Origin: Anaerolineae bacterium
Lineage (GTDB): Bacteria > Chloroflexota > Anaerolineae > J102
NCBI GenBank assembly: GCA_011371305.1
Contig: DRQW01000137.1
Coordinates: 1-41,889 of the forward strand
DNA length: 41,889 nt
Direction: 5' to 3'
A program made the translations under genes and the position numbers. The number at the start of each line of letters is the position of its first letter. The stretch's first letter is position 1. The notes beneath the pieces are model-generated. The model saw only the letters and a program-made list of their open reading frames with translations. It had not been told where the DNA came from and did no database searches. Positions 25,905 through 35,394 of this stretch are shown here, piece after piece.

Positions 25905-27086
25905 TTATTTCTCGATATCCCCGAATCCCCGATGGATGGCGTCCGGCCCGAACCGGGCTTGCAATGCATCCACGGCTTCCTGCAGGCGTCTTGCCCGATC
26001 CGCTTGGGCATCATCCCACAGAGAAAGTTGTAACCAACCCTCCTGCAGGTTGCTCACCCCCACCCCCACGAGCCGTACCGGCTGGGATGGTTGCCATAAG
26101 CGGTCGAACAGGGCGATGGCTGTCTTCGCGATAACATCCTGGTTGTCGGTGGGGGTGGTGAGAGTCGTCTGACGGGTGAGCGTGGTGAAATTGCTCAGCC
26201 GCAGTTTGAGTTTGACGGTGCGTGCCAGGAGTTTTTTGCGGCGCAAGGCGCGGGCTACACTTGCTGCTAAGTGCGTCAGGGTTTGGTGCAAAATCCGACC
26301 ATCGGCAACGTCCCTGGTGAACGTGGTTTCCTTGCTGATGGATTTGGCCCGGCCTCGTTCGGCCACCACTGGGCGGTTGTCTATGCCTTGGGCCCGGCGT
26401 ACCAGGTCGTATCCATGTTGTCCAAATAGGCGGGCTAGTTCTCGTTGGGGATACGCGGCAAGTTCGCCGATAGTGAAGATGCCCAACCCATGCAATTTCG
26501 TTTCGGTTTTGGGACCCACCCCCCACAACGCCCGAACGGGCAACGGAGCCAGGAAAGAGGCTTCCTCACCCGGTGGCACGATGGTAATGGCATTGGGGTA
26601 GTCCCCCTGTCGTGTTTGTCTTTTGCCCTCATCGTTGGCGATCTTAGCCACCAGCTTGTTTGTGGCCCCGCCCAGCGAACAGGGCAAGCCCAGCTCTTCT
26701 CGAATTTGGGCCTGTAACTTTCGGGCGATGGTTTCCAAGGGATCGGGTAGATCGCTGACGTCGAGGAAAGCTTCGTCGATAGAGATTGGTTCCACCCAAG
26801 GGGTCAGCGCCTGCAGCCGGGCCATCACCTCACGTGAAGCCCGAACGTAGGCCTCCCGCCGGGGTGGAAGGATGATGAGATCGGGGCAGAGGCGCAGGGC
26901 TTGGGCCATGGGCATGGCTGAGTGGATGCCGTAAGCCCGGGCAGGATAAGAGCAGGACGCGACAACGCCTCGACCTTCCGGCTTCCCTCCGACCGCGAAG
27001 GGTTTTCCGTGCAAGGAAGGGTCGCGTTGTTCCTCCACCGCGCAGAAGAACGCGTCCAGGTCCAGGTGGAGGATTTTTCGGGACAT
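25905..27086 (-). CDS. dinB: DNA polymerase IV (Y-family)
   Basis: ILHLDLDAFFCAVEE, SIDEAFLDV and the little-finger region. 393 aa. Its ATG is 3 nt after the stop of the upstream NYN gene. Confidence 0.93.
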   Translation of the reverse strand: MSRKILHLDLDAFFCAVEEQRDPSLHGKPFAVGGKPEGRGVVASCSYPARAYGIHSAMPMAQALRLCPDLIILPPRREAYVRASREVMARLQALTPWVEPISIDEAFLDVSDLPDPLETIARKLQAQIREELGLPCSLGGATNKLVAKIANDEGKRQTRQGDYPNAITIVPPGEEASFLAPLPVRALWGVGPKTETKLHGLGIFTIGELAAYPQRELARLFGQHGYDLVRRAQGIDNRPVVAERGRAKSISKETTFTRDVADGRILHQTLTHLAASVARALRRKKLLARTVKLKLRLSNFTTLTRQTTLTTPTDNQDVIAKTAIALFDRLWQPSQPVRLVGVGVSNLQEGWLQLSLWDDAQADRARRLQEAVDALQARFGPDAIHRGFGDIEK

Positions 27087-27089
27087 AAG

Positions 27090-28727
27090 CTACGTGGTTT
27101 CAGCCTTCACCAGGGCAGTGGATTTCCCGTTCTTTTTACCGTTTTTCTTTTCGGCTTTCTCAGTCTTTTTCGTCTGTTGCAATTCTCTCAGCCCACCCTC
27201 GATCCACTCTTTGAGCATCCGTTTTTCCTCGCGCGAAAGCTCCAGTTCCGCGTCGTCGCAACGAGAAAGGATGTAGGACCGGTACACCCGGGCCAGGCTT
27301 TGAGGCGTATCTCGCTTGGTGAAGCGGTGTTTGGCGTAGGCAATACCTTTGAGTACGTTGTTGATGTTGGTGCGAGAGATGCTTTCACCTTGTTCGATGA
27401 GCCGATCGCGCACGGCCTTGGAGGTGGACGTCAGGTGATAGCGGTGTTCTTTCAGGTCCTCTGCCAGGGCGGTGAAGATGAGGGCATATTGCCTGGGAGT
27501 GAGATAGGGCGCGCCCGTGATCTGACTGATGCGCTTGGCGAATTCAGCCAGCTTAGGTGGCATCTCATCGGCGGGCTTGGTGGCTTCTTCGCGGGGCAAC
27601 GTGTGGCGTTGGGGATCGTAGAGATAGCCGGGAGAGGGCGTCGTCGCGATCTCGAAACCCAGGTTTTCCTCGCTCTGTAACAAGTTTTTGAACGTGCCCG
27701 CGCCTGCCCAGTGACTTTCGGTGACCTGTTTGCCGAGTTGATCGATGACCTCTTGGGCGGCTTTGCCCATGAGGATAGGCTCCTGAGAACGGTTAACAAG
27801 CTTGCGCACCAGGTCGAGGATGCGTTTGCGCAATTTTTCTTCGTTGGAAAGTGGTGCGGGGCGCTCGGTAGGCTGGCGTTTGGCCTTCGCAGCTTTGCGC
27901 GGGAGTTCGACGGTGACGCGCCAGGGGTCTCCTTCGGTGATACGCAAGTTGGGATGCCGACGCACCAGGTGGGTGGTCAGGGCTCGAAGGGAATAGAAAC
28001 CCAACCAGTTGCTATCCCGGCGGAATTCGGGGAAATTGCGATAGAGTTTAGGTAGGTCCGTGGCCAGGATCTCGCCGTTGGCGCTGGCTTCCGCATAGAG
28101 CTTTTCTGCCATCGCGTCCAGCAATTCGGGCGTGGCCGTGATGGGCGGTGTGACCCCGTTAGCGGGTTTGCGACTCTCTTCACCACCCAGCCCCAACGCA
28201 TGTTCAATGAACACATCCTCACTGATGACCAGATCCGCGGCCGCGATGAACGCAGCGGATGCAGGCCCTGCGGAGAGGATAGCTGTGCGACGATCATGGG
28301 CGCGGAGGCGGAGCAGCACGGGCATAAAATCGGAATCCCCGGACAAGATGATGAACTCATCGAAGTGGGTGGGATGATTCAGTGTGTCCAGGATATCCAT
28401 GACCATGTAGATATCCGCGCTGTTCTTGCCTTGGGAGGTAAGGGAGGGGCAATCCACCACGGAAAACGCGGTGCGGGTAAAAAAAGGACGGTAGCGCTGG
28501 AAGTCGCGAGGGTTCAGATAGCATCTGCGGATAAGAATATCGCGCTGGGCTCCGGCCTGACCTTTGCCCTCCGGCATACCGGGCATCCCATCTTCCAGCC
28601 ATTTCAGCCAGTGGGAAGGGTTGGATGCGAAGCGTTCCGCTGCGTCTTCATCCAATTGACGCAAGCCCAGATAGATGTTGTCGAAATCCACGAACAGCGC
28701 GGATTTCAGGCGTGTTTTATTTGTCAT
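27090..28727 (-). CDS. NYN (LabA-like) ribonuclease-domain protein with OST-HTH/LOTUS-like repeats and a Lys-rich tail
   Basis: NYN motifs ALFVDFDNIY ... NSADIYMVMD ... ILSGDSDFMPVL. At least two OST-HTH-like segments follow (LPKLYRNFPEF ... ; GKAAQEVIDQLGK ...). C-terminal tail KKTEKAEKKNGKKNGK. Start at MTNKTRL (28727). Confidence 0.75.
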   Translation of the reverse strand: MTNKTRLKSALFVDFDNIYLGLRQLDEDAAERFASNPSHWLKWLEDGMPGMPEGKGQAGAQRDILIRRCYLNPRDFQRYRPFFTRTAFSVVDCPSLTSQGKNSADIYMVMDILDTLNHPTHFDEFIILSGDSDFMPVLLRLRAHDRRTAILSAGPASAAFIAAADLVISEDVFIEHALGLGGEESRKPANGVTPPITATPELLDAMAEKLYAEASANGEILATDLPKLYRNFPEFRRDSNWLGFYSLRALTTHLVRRHPNLRITEGDPWRVTVELPRKAAKAKRQPTERPAPLSNEEKLRKRILDLVRKLVNRSQEPILMGKAAQEVIDQLGKQVTESHWAGAGTFKNLLQSEENLGFEIATTPSPGYLYDPQRHTLPREEATKPADEMPPKLAEFAKRISQITGAPYLTPRQYALIFTALAEDLKEHRYHLTSTSKAVRDRLIEQGESISRTNINNVLKGIAYAKHRFTKRDTPQSLARVYRSYILSRCDDAELELSREEKRMLKEWIEGGLRELQQTKKTEKAEKKNGKKNGKSTALVKAETT

Positions 28728-29081
28728 AGAAAACCTTGAAGAATAGATTCGAGATGGAATCGCTAAGTGGCCCTGAAGGCCCGACACGGCATACGGGTAT
28801 TAACGAAAACGATTTGGCGACATGTTTTTCGCCACCCCTCAGTTTACCCCTAAATGGCTCAAAACGCCAATGACCGCCGTTTTTTCCTTGAGCCTTTGCA
28901 TGGGGCCAAGCTTTTTCAGTGGAGCCCATGTTGAAACGCGCCCCCCTTTGGGGTGCTTCCTACAGAAATTTAACTCACGATGTGATAAAATCAGAATAGG
29001 ACAGGAGCCACGCGTTCCTGTCTTCTTTCTGCACGTGCATCCCACACACAACCTTATTCACCACACAAGGAGATAAGCGCC

Positions 29082-29963
29082 ATGGCAACAGTGACCAAAC
29101 CAACCATCCAAGACCGCGGTTATGCTCATCCTGAAGTGTTGGTAAGCACCGACTGGGTGGCAGAACATCTCGAAGACCCCAATGTACGCATCATCGAGTC
29201 CAACGAAGACCCCTTGCTCTATCCTTCCGGCCATATTCCGGGTGCGGTGGAAGTGGACTGGGTGCGGGATCTGAACGATCCGTTGGTGCGCGATTATTTG
29301 GACAAGGAGCGGTTCGAGGAGCTGATGAGCAGCATCGGGGTCACACCAGAGATGACTGTGGTGTTCTATGGCGACAAGAACAACTGGTGGGCCACCTACG
29401 CGTTCTGGGTCTTCCAGCTTTTCGGCCACGAGAACGCGAAGATCATGGATGGTGGACGTTTGAAATGGGAGCTCGAAGGCCGTCCCATGACCCGAGAGAT
29501 CCCCAAGTATCCACGCACGCAATACAAGGCCAAAGACAGGGACGACAGCCGCATTCGGGCATTCCGGGATCAGGTGCTCGCGCATGTGGAGGCGCATAAG
29601 CCCTTGATTGATGTGCGCAGCCCGGAGGAATATCGCGGCGAACGTTTACACATGCCCGACTATCCCAACGAAGGTGCGTTGCGTGGGGGACACATCCCTG
29701 GTGCGGCCAATGTCCCATGGTCCCGAGCCATCAACCCCGAAGATGGTACATTTAAGACGGCAGAGGAACTCCGCGAGATCTACGAGAAAGAAGCGGGCGT
29801 GAAGCCTGACGATGACATTATCGTCTATTGCCGCATTGGCGAGCGCAGCAGCCACACTTGGTTCGTGCTCACCTATCTGTTGGGCTATCCTCACGTCCGT
29901 AACTACGACGGCAGTTGGACGGAATGGGGCAACCTGGTCGGGGTGCCCATCGAGAAACCATGA
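29082..29963 (+). CDS. sseA: two-domain rhodanese (thiosulfate/3-mercaptopyruvate sulfurtransferase)
   Basis: Active-site loop [12 protein letters not shown], tandem rhodanese domains, and AGGAG before ATG 29082. Confidence 0.88.
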   Translation: MATVTKPTIQDRGYAHPEVLVSTDWVAEHLEDPNVRIIESNEDPLLYPSGHIPGAVEVDWVRDLNDPLVRDYLDKERFEELMSSIGVTPEMTVVFYGDKNNWWATYAFWVFQLFGHENAKIMDGGRLKWELEGRPMTREIPKYPRTQYKAKDRDDSRIRAFRDQVLAHVEAHKPLIDVRSPEEYRGERLHMPDYPNEGALRGGHIPGAANVPWSRAINPEDGTFKTAEELREIYEKEAGVKPDDDIIVYCRIGERSSHTWFVLTYLLGYPHVRNYDGSWTEWGNLVGVPIEKP

Positions 29964-30003
29964 CCTTCCCAAACTACGTCCATACCACGAGGCTACTGGG
30001 AGT

Positions 30004-30489
30004 GTGACTGTGTCCCAACCGATTCCCCCCAAACTCGCCGAATTGCTGGACGAGTTTGCCGACATCACCGATCGTTACGAGCGGTACGAAATCCTCACCG
30101 AGTTTGCGGATGCCTTCCGGCCCGTGCCGGAACACATCGCCCGTCCGCCTTATCCCCAGGACCATCTCGTGCCCTACTGCGAATCCCAGATGTATTTCTG
30201 GGCCCGGCCCGATGGCGATCATGCGTTTAAGTTCTACTTTGCTTCGGAAAACGCGCAGAGCATCTCGGCTCGGGCCATGGCCGCGATCTTAGATGAGACC
30301 TGTTCCGGCGCGCCGGCCTGGCAGGTGGTTCACATCCCTGATGATCTCCCCCAACGGCTCTTTGGCAAAGACCTGGCCATGGGGCGTACGTTGGGGTTGG
30401 TCAGCCTGGTGGGGATGGTGAAAAACGTCGCTCGGACCCATGTGAAGACTTGTCCCCAATGCCAGGCGCAGGCTGAGAGAGGGGAATAA
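30004..30489 (+). CDS. sufE: SufE-like sulfur acceptor protein
   Basis: YERYEILTEF ... VPYCESQMYFW (SufE Cys loop). Only the C-terminal part of ORF 29812..30489 is coding; GTG starts at 30004/30010 follow GGGAG. Confidence 0.75.
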   Translation: MTVSQPIPPKLAELLDEFADITDRYERYEILTEFADAFRPVPEHIARPPYPQDHLVPYCESQMYFWARPDGDHAFKFYFASENAQSISARAMAAILDETCSGAPAWQVVHIPDDLPQRLFGKDLAMGRTLGLVSLVGMVKNVARTHVKTCPQCQAQAERGE

Positions 30490-30511
30490 GGTTCTGGGTT
30501 GGAAACAACAT

Positions 30512-30539
30512 GGCGGGATGAACCTCGATTCATCCCGCC
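30512..30539. terminator. hairpin between convergent sufE and aceA (candidate bidirectional terminator)
   Basis: Perfect 11-bp stem GGCGGGATGAA / TTCATCCCGCC with a 6-nt loop. Followed on the + strand by GTGTTATTTCAG and on the - strand by ATGTTGTTTCC. Confidence 0.6.
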
Positions 30540-30562
30540 GTGTTATTTCAGAAGGTGGGGGA

Positions 30563-31846
30563 TTACTCGTGGAATTGCTCTTCTTCGGTGGAACCAATGA
30601 GCGCGGTAGTGGCGGCTTCGCCTTCGGTGATCACCAATTGCACCTCGTCGAAGTACCCTGCGCCCACAAAAGCCTGGTGTTTGACCGCGCGATAGCCGTA
30701 TTTCTTCTCCATCTCGAACTCCCAGGCCTGGTAGCGGGCGTACGCAGCCATGCCCTCTTCGCGATATTGGCGGGCCAGGTCGAACATGGACGCGTTGATG
30801 GCATGGAAGCCAGCCAGGGTAACGAACTGGAATTTGTACCCCATCTTGCCCAGCTCTTTCTGGAAAACGCGCTGCTCTTCTTCGGACATGTAACGATTCC
30901 AATTGAAGGAGGGCGAGCAGTTATAGGCCAGCATCTTGCCGGGGTATTTCTCGTGGATGGCGTTGGCAAATCGCTCCGCATCTTTTAGGTCGGGATAGGA
31001 GGTTTCGCACCAGATGAGATCGGCGTAGGGGGCATAGGCCAGGCCCCGGGCGATGGCGTAATCGAGGCCACCGTGAATGTAGTAGTAGCCTTCGGGTGAG
31101 CGTCTGTCGGTGATAAAGGGCGCGTCCGCGGGGTCCACATCGCTGGTGATGAGCTGGGCGCTGAACGCATCGGTGCGGGCGATGAGGATGGTGGGCACGC
31201 CCATGACGTCTGCAGCCAATCGGGCTGCCACCAGCTTGCGGATGAATTCGCTGGTGGGGACCAGCACCTTGCCGCCCATGTGCCCGCATTTTTTGGCCGA
31301 GGAGAGTTGGTCTTCCAGATGGATGCCTGCCGCGCCTGCCTCGATGAGGGCTTTCACCAGCTCGAAGGTGTTGAGGTTGCCGCCAAAGCCCGATTCGGCA
31401 TCCGCGACCAGGGGGACGAACCAGTCGATATCATGCCGGCCCTGGATGAAGGCAACCTGATCCGCGCGCTGGAGCGCCTTGTTGATGCGGCGCACCAGCA
31501 TGGGCATGCTGTTCACGGGGTAAAGGCTTTGATCTGGATAGGTTTCGTACGCGGTGTTGTTGTCCGCCGCGGTTTGCCATCCGCTGACGTAAATAGCCCG
31601 CAGTCCCGCCTCGACCATCTGTACGGCCTGATTGCCGGTCACCGCACCCAATGCGGGGACGTAATCTTCGGTGATCAGCATTTTCCACAAACGCTCCGCG
31701 CCCCGTTCGGCCAGCGTGTGGGCAATGCGTAGTGTGCCCCGCAAATGGATGACTTCCATTGCGTTGTAAGGGCGTTTCACACCTTTCCAACGGGGATCGT
31801 ATTTCCAAGCGTGTTCCAGGGCATCGACTTCCGGGGGGGTGTACAT
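30563..31846 (-). CDS. aceA: isocitrate lyase
   Basis: KKCGHMGGK signature. 427 aa. GGAGG before ATG 31846. Confidence 0.95.
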   Translation of the reverse strand: MYTPPEVDALEHAWKYDPRWKGVKRPYNAMEVIHLRGTLRIAHTLAERGAERLWKMLITEDYVPALGAVTGNQAVQMVEAGLRAIYVSGWQTAADNNTAYETYPDQSLYPVNSMPMLVRRINKALQRADQVAFIQGRHDIDWFVPLVADAESGFGGNLNTFELVKALIEAGAAGIHLEDQLSSAKKCGHMGGKVLVPTSEFIRKLVAARLAADVMGVPTILIARTDAFSAQLITSDVDPADAPFITDRRSPEGYYYIHGGLDYAIARGLAYAPYADLIWCETSYPDLKDAERFANAIHEKYPGKMLAYNCSPSFNWNRYMSEEEQRVFQKELGKMGYKFQFVTLAGFHAINASMFDLARQYREEGMAAYARYQAWEFEMEKKYGYRAVKHQAFVGAGYFDEVQLVITEGEAATTALIGSTEEEQFHE

Positions 31847-31873
31847 GATAAGCCTCCAAATGCCAAAAAGGAA

Positions 31874-33454
31874 TTATGAGAGTTTTTCGTAAGCGGGGAG
31901 CGTGAGGAAATTCACGAATTCAGGGCTGGTGACCAGTTCTTCATAAAGCTGTGCGGCTTCTTCAAAGGGGAAATGTTCACCGAAGCGGGATTGCAAGTCG
32001 CGGACAACTTGCGGGATCAATTCACGCACCCATGCCGCGGTGATCACTTTGCCCTCGCGCGTCCTGGCGCTATGACGAATCCATTGCCAAACTTGGGCGC
32101 GGGAGATCTCCGCGGTGGCCGCGTCTTCCATGAGGTTATAAATGGGCACACATCCGTTGCCATGGAGCCAGGAAGCCATATATTGCAAGGCCACGTCGAT
32201 GTTGACGCGCAAGCCTTCTTCCGTAATCGTGCCCTTGGGGACACAAAGCAGGTCGTGGGCGGTGACGTGGATATCCTCGCGCTTCAGATGGATCTGATTG
32301 GGTGTGGGCATCCATTCGTCGAAAGCTTCTTTGGCAATGTGGACAAGGCCAGGGTGCGCCACCCAGGTGCCATCATGCCCGTCCCGAGCTTCGCGGATCT
32401 TGTCCGCCCGTACTTTGGCCAGGGCTTCCTCGTTGGCCTTGGGGTCCGATTTGATAGGGATTTGCGCGGCCATGCCGCCCATGGCGTGAATGCCCCGCCG
32501 ATGGCAGGTTTGGATCACCAGGAGGGAATAGGACCGCATCATATGAGTGGTCATGGTGACCTCGGCCCGATCGGGAAGGACGAATTGGGGATGGTTTCGG
32601 AAGGTGCGGATCATGCTGAAGATGTAATCCCAGCGCCCACAATTCAATCCAGCGGAATGATCCTTCAGTTCCCACAAGATCTCGTCCACTTCAAATGCGG
32701 CCAGGATGGTTTCAATCAGCACCGTGGCCCGAATAGTTCCCCGGGGAATGCCCAATTCGTCTTGAGCGAGGTTGAAGACATCGTTCCATAACCGGGCTTC
32801 CAAATGGCTTTCCAGTTTAGGGAGGTAAAAGTAAGGGCCAGTGCCTTGTTCAATGAGTTGATGGGCGTTGTGATAGAAGAAAAGCCCGAAGTCGAACAGC
32901 GAGGCGGAGATGGGCTTGCCATCCAGCAGTACGTGCTTTTCGTGCAGATGCCAGCCCCGAGGACGCACCATGAGGGTCGCGATTTTGTCGTTGAGCTGAT
33001 AATACTTGCCAGTGCGGGGATCCGTGAAGGTGATGGTACGTCGGACGGCATCTTTCAGGTTGATTTGTCCGAAGATGGTGGCTTCCCAGGTTGGGGAGTG
33101 GGCGTCCTCGAAATCGGCCATATAGACGTTCGCGCCCGAGTTCAAGGCGTTGATGATCATTTTGCGATCGACCGGCCCAGTGATCTCGACTCGACGATCC
33201 AGCAAGTCGTCGGGAATGGGCGCGACGGTCCACTCCGATTCGCGGATGTGCGCGGTTTCGGGCAGGAAATCGGGCATCTCGCCGGCGTCGATGCGAGCCT
33301 GCCGCTCTTTCCTCCGTTCCAGGAGCTCCAACCGGCGCGGACCGAATTCCCGTTCCAAGCGCTCGACGAATGCCAGGGCCTCGGGCGTGAGCACCGTCTC
33401 GAACAGAGGCAACATGGGCCCAGTGATTTGTAAAGATGTGTTCTTTTGCATCAT
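31874..33454 (-). CDS. aceB: malate synthase A
   Basis: [10 protein letters not shown] and the family-wide similarity. Start at MMQKNTSLQ (33454/33451) after GGGGGA; the ORF extension to 33661 is rejected. Confidence 0.93.
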   Translation of the reverse strand: MMQKNTSLQITGPMLPLFETVLTPEALAFVERLEREFGPRRLELLERRKERQARIDAGEMPDFLPETAHIRESEWTVAPIPDDLLDRRVEITGPVDRKMIINALNSGANVYMADFEDAHSPTWEATIFGQINLKDAVRRTITFTDPRTGKYYQLNDKIATLMVRPRGWHLHEKHVLLDGKPISASLFDFGLFFYHNAHQLIEQGTGPYFYLPKLESHLEARLWNDVFNLAQDELGIPRGTIRATVLIETILAAFEVDEILWELKDHSAGLNCGRWDYIFSMIRTFRNHPQFVLPDRAEVTMTTHMMRSYSLLVIQTCHRRGIHAMGGMAAQIPIKSDPKANEEALAKVRADKIREARDGHDGTWVAHPGLVHIAKEAFDEWMPTPNQIHLKREDIHVTAHDLLCVPKGTITEEGLRVNIDVALQYMASWLHGNGCVPIYNLMEDAATAEISRAQVWQWIRHSARTREGKVITAAWVRELIPQVVRDLQSRFGEHFPFEEAAQLYEELVTSPEFVNFLTLPAYEKLS

Positions 33455-33504
33455 GCATCCCCCTGAAATGAGCGTGTGGTTAGGCGGCGAACGGAACAGC
33501 ATCC

Positions 33505-33537
33505 TGACGCACTGTGTAAATTTGACGCATTGCGTCA
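33505..33537. promoter_or_regulatory. operator candidate in the aceBA / aceK divergent control region
   Basis: Perfect palindrome TGACGC-ATT-GCGTCA (33523-33537) plus a third TGACGCA half-site at 33505-33511. Confidence 0.4.
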
Positions 33538-33659
33538 GAGCTGTTTGAAAAAATGATAGAGGGAAAAAAGCGATTTTGTCAACTTTTTGGCAGTAAAAAA
33601 TCCTACTATCGATGGCCAGGAATTTGGGCTTTGGATGAAGAAGATGCCATAATGTTGAC

Positions 33660-35378
33660 ATGAAAGCATCAGCATCTCTGGCTTCCCATATTATCTACGA
33701 GGTGTTTACCACATATCACAACCGGTTCAGGGAGCTTTCCCAGCGGGCCGCGACACTTTTTGCACACCGCCGTTGGGTGGACATGCGCCGCAATGCGGTG
33801 ACCCGGTTGGATCTCTACAATGACTTCGTCAACCAGGCCGTGGCGCGTTTGAAAGCCACCTTGGGAGACTGGGTGCTGGAACGGGAGCATTGGCAGGATG
33901 TGAAAACATATTTTGCGAATCTCATCGCCAATCGGCCCGATGAGGAGATCGCGGAAACGTTCTATAATTCGGTCACCCGGCGTTTCTTCCATACCGTGGG
34001 GGTGGATCGCACTATCGAATTCGTTTGGTTTGACCCACTGTTTCTTCCTCAAGGTGAAGAGGACCACATTGTTCGGATTTATCCCTATCAGGATGATTTG
34101 CAGGCTTTGATGTTGCGCCTGTTGGAGGATTTGCCTTTCACAGCCTCGCTGGTCTCGCCCCAACGCACCGCGGCCCGGGTGGCCCGGAGTATTCGAGAAC
34201 ATGTATGGCAGGACTGGCAGGTGGATCGGTTCGAGTCCATTCAGGTGTTGCGCCCGCTGTTTTATCGGGGCAAAGCGGCTTATGTGGTGGGACGGATTGT
34301 GCGCGGGATGCGTCTGATGCCTTTCGCCCTCTCATTTCGTCATGGAGTTGATGGCATTGTTGTCGTGGCCACCCTCTTTACGGAACAGGAGCTCAGCATC
34401 CTGTTCAGCTTCTCCCATGCGTATTTCCATGTGGACACCGATTGTCCCAGCGAGGTGGTGGGGTTTCTCCATACCATTATGCCTCTCAAGCCTGTGGCCG
34501 AACTTTACAACGCGCTGGGGTATCATAAACATGGGAAGTCGGTCCTGTATCGGGACCTGCACCGTCACTTGCGCCAGACCGCGGACCGGTTCATCGAGGC
34601 GCCGGGTGCGAAGGGGATGGTCATGGCCGTATTCACCCTCCCCTCATACGAGATTGTCTTCAAGGTCATCAAAGACCGCTTTGCCTATCCCAAGTCTGCC
34701 ACCCGTAACCAAGTGATGGCCCGATACAAACTCGTCTTTCATCATGACCGGGTGGGAAGGTTAATGGATGCCCAGGAATTTGAGCATTTGACATTGCCCC
34801 GGGAATTGTTCGACCCCGAGTTATTGGCGGAATTGCAGGAGATCGCGTCCAAAACCGTATTGGTTCGTGAGCATGATGTGGTCCTCACCCATGTCTATAC
34901 CCAACGACGGGTTTATCCCCTCAACCTTTATTTGAAAGAAGCCCCGCCCGAGAAAGCGAAAAACGCGATCATCGACTATGGCAACGCGATCAAAGAACTC
35001 GCTGCCGCGAATATCTTCCCCGGCGACCTGTTGCTCAAGAATTTTGGTGTCACCCGCAACCGACGTGTGGTGTTCTACGACTACGATGAACTGTGTCTGC
35101 TGACCGAAGTAAATTTCCGCCGCATTCCCCAGGCCCGTAGCTATGAGGATGAGATGGCCGCGGAGCCCTGGTATTCAGTCGGTCCCAACGATGTGTTCCC
35201 GGAGGAATTTCGTACTTTCCTCTGGATTCCGCCGGAGTTGAAGGACGTGTTCGAAGCGCATCATGGGGACCTGTTCACCCCCGAGTTTTGGTGGGAGATG
35301 CAGGCCCGGGTCCAGGCCGAAGAGGATCCCGATATCTATCCCTACGCCCGGGAGCGGCAATACGAAGGCGTCGTTTAA
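33660..35378 (+). CDS. aceK: isocitrate dehydrogenase kinase/phosphatase
   Basis: 572 aa, collinear with AceK (N-terminal [20 protein letters not shown] ... ; C-terminal kinase region [25 protein letters not shown]). Confidence 0.88.
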   Translation: MKASASLASHIIYEVFTTYHNRFRELSQRAATLFAHRRWVDMRRNAVTRLDLYNDFVNQAVARLKATLGDWVLEREHWQDVKTYFANLIANRPDEEIAETFYNSVTRRFFHTVGVDRTIEFVWFDPLFLPQGEEDHIVRIYPYQDDLQALMLRLLEDLPFTASLVSPQRTAARVARSIREHVWQDWQVDRFESIQVLRPLFYRGKAAYVVGRIVRGMRLMPFALSFRHGVDGIVVVATLFTEQELSILFSFSHAYFHVDTDCPSEVVGFLHTIMPLKPVAELYNALGYHKHGKSVLYRDLHRHLRQTADRFIEAPGAKGMVMAVFTLPSYEIVFKVIKDRFAYPKSATRNQVMARYKLVFHHDRVGRLMDAQEFEHLTLPRELFDPELLAELQEIASKTVLVREHDVVLTHVYTQRRVYPLNLYLKEAPPEKAKNAIIDYGNAIKELAAANIFPGDLLLKNFGVTRNRRVVFYDYDELCLLTEVNFRRIPQARSYEDEMAAEPWYSVGPNDVFPEEFRTFLWIPPELKDVFEAHHGDLFTPEFWWEMQARVQAEEDPDIYPYARERQYEGVV

Positions 35379-35394
35379 GGGAGCGCGTGAGGGG

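Noticed and set aside
24906-26172. ORFs 24906..25589 and 25342..26172 on the + strand
   Set aside because: They are antisense to the lipid kinase and dinB genes, both of which have diagnostic motifs (GGDGT; LDLDAFF).
27087-29081. SOS box expected upstream of dinB or the NYN gene
   Set aside because: Scanning 28728-29081 and the NYN-dinB junction by eye found no GAAC-N4-GTTC, so no LexA site is claimed there.
33455-33661. Upstream extensions of aceB (to 33661), glnA (to 19371), the C39-like gene (to 38388), the AI-2E transporter (to 3299) and mobA (from 19943)
   Set aside because: The extensions cross promoter-like AT-rich DNA, a terminator (mobA) or neighbouring genes. Internal Met codons with ribosome-binding sites match the family N-termini.
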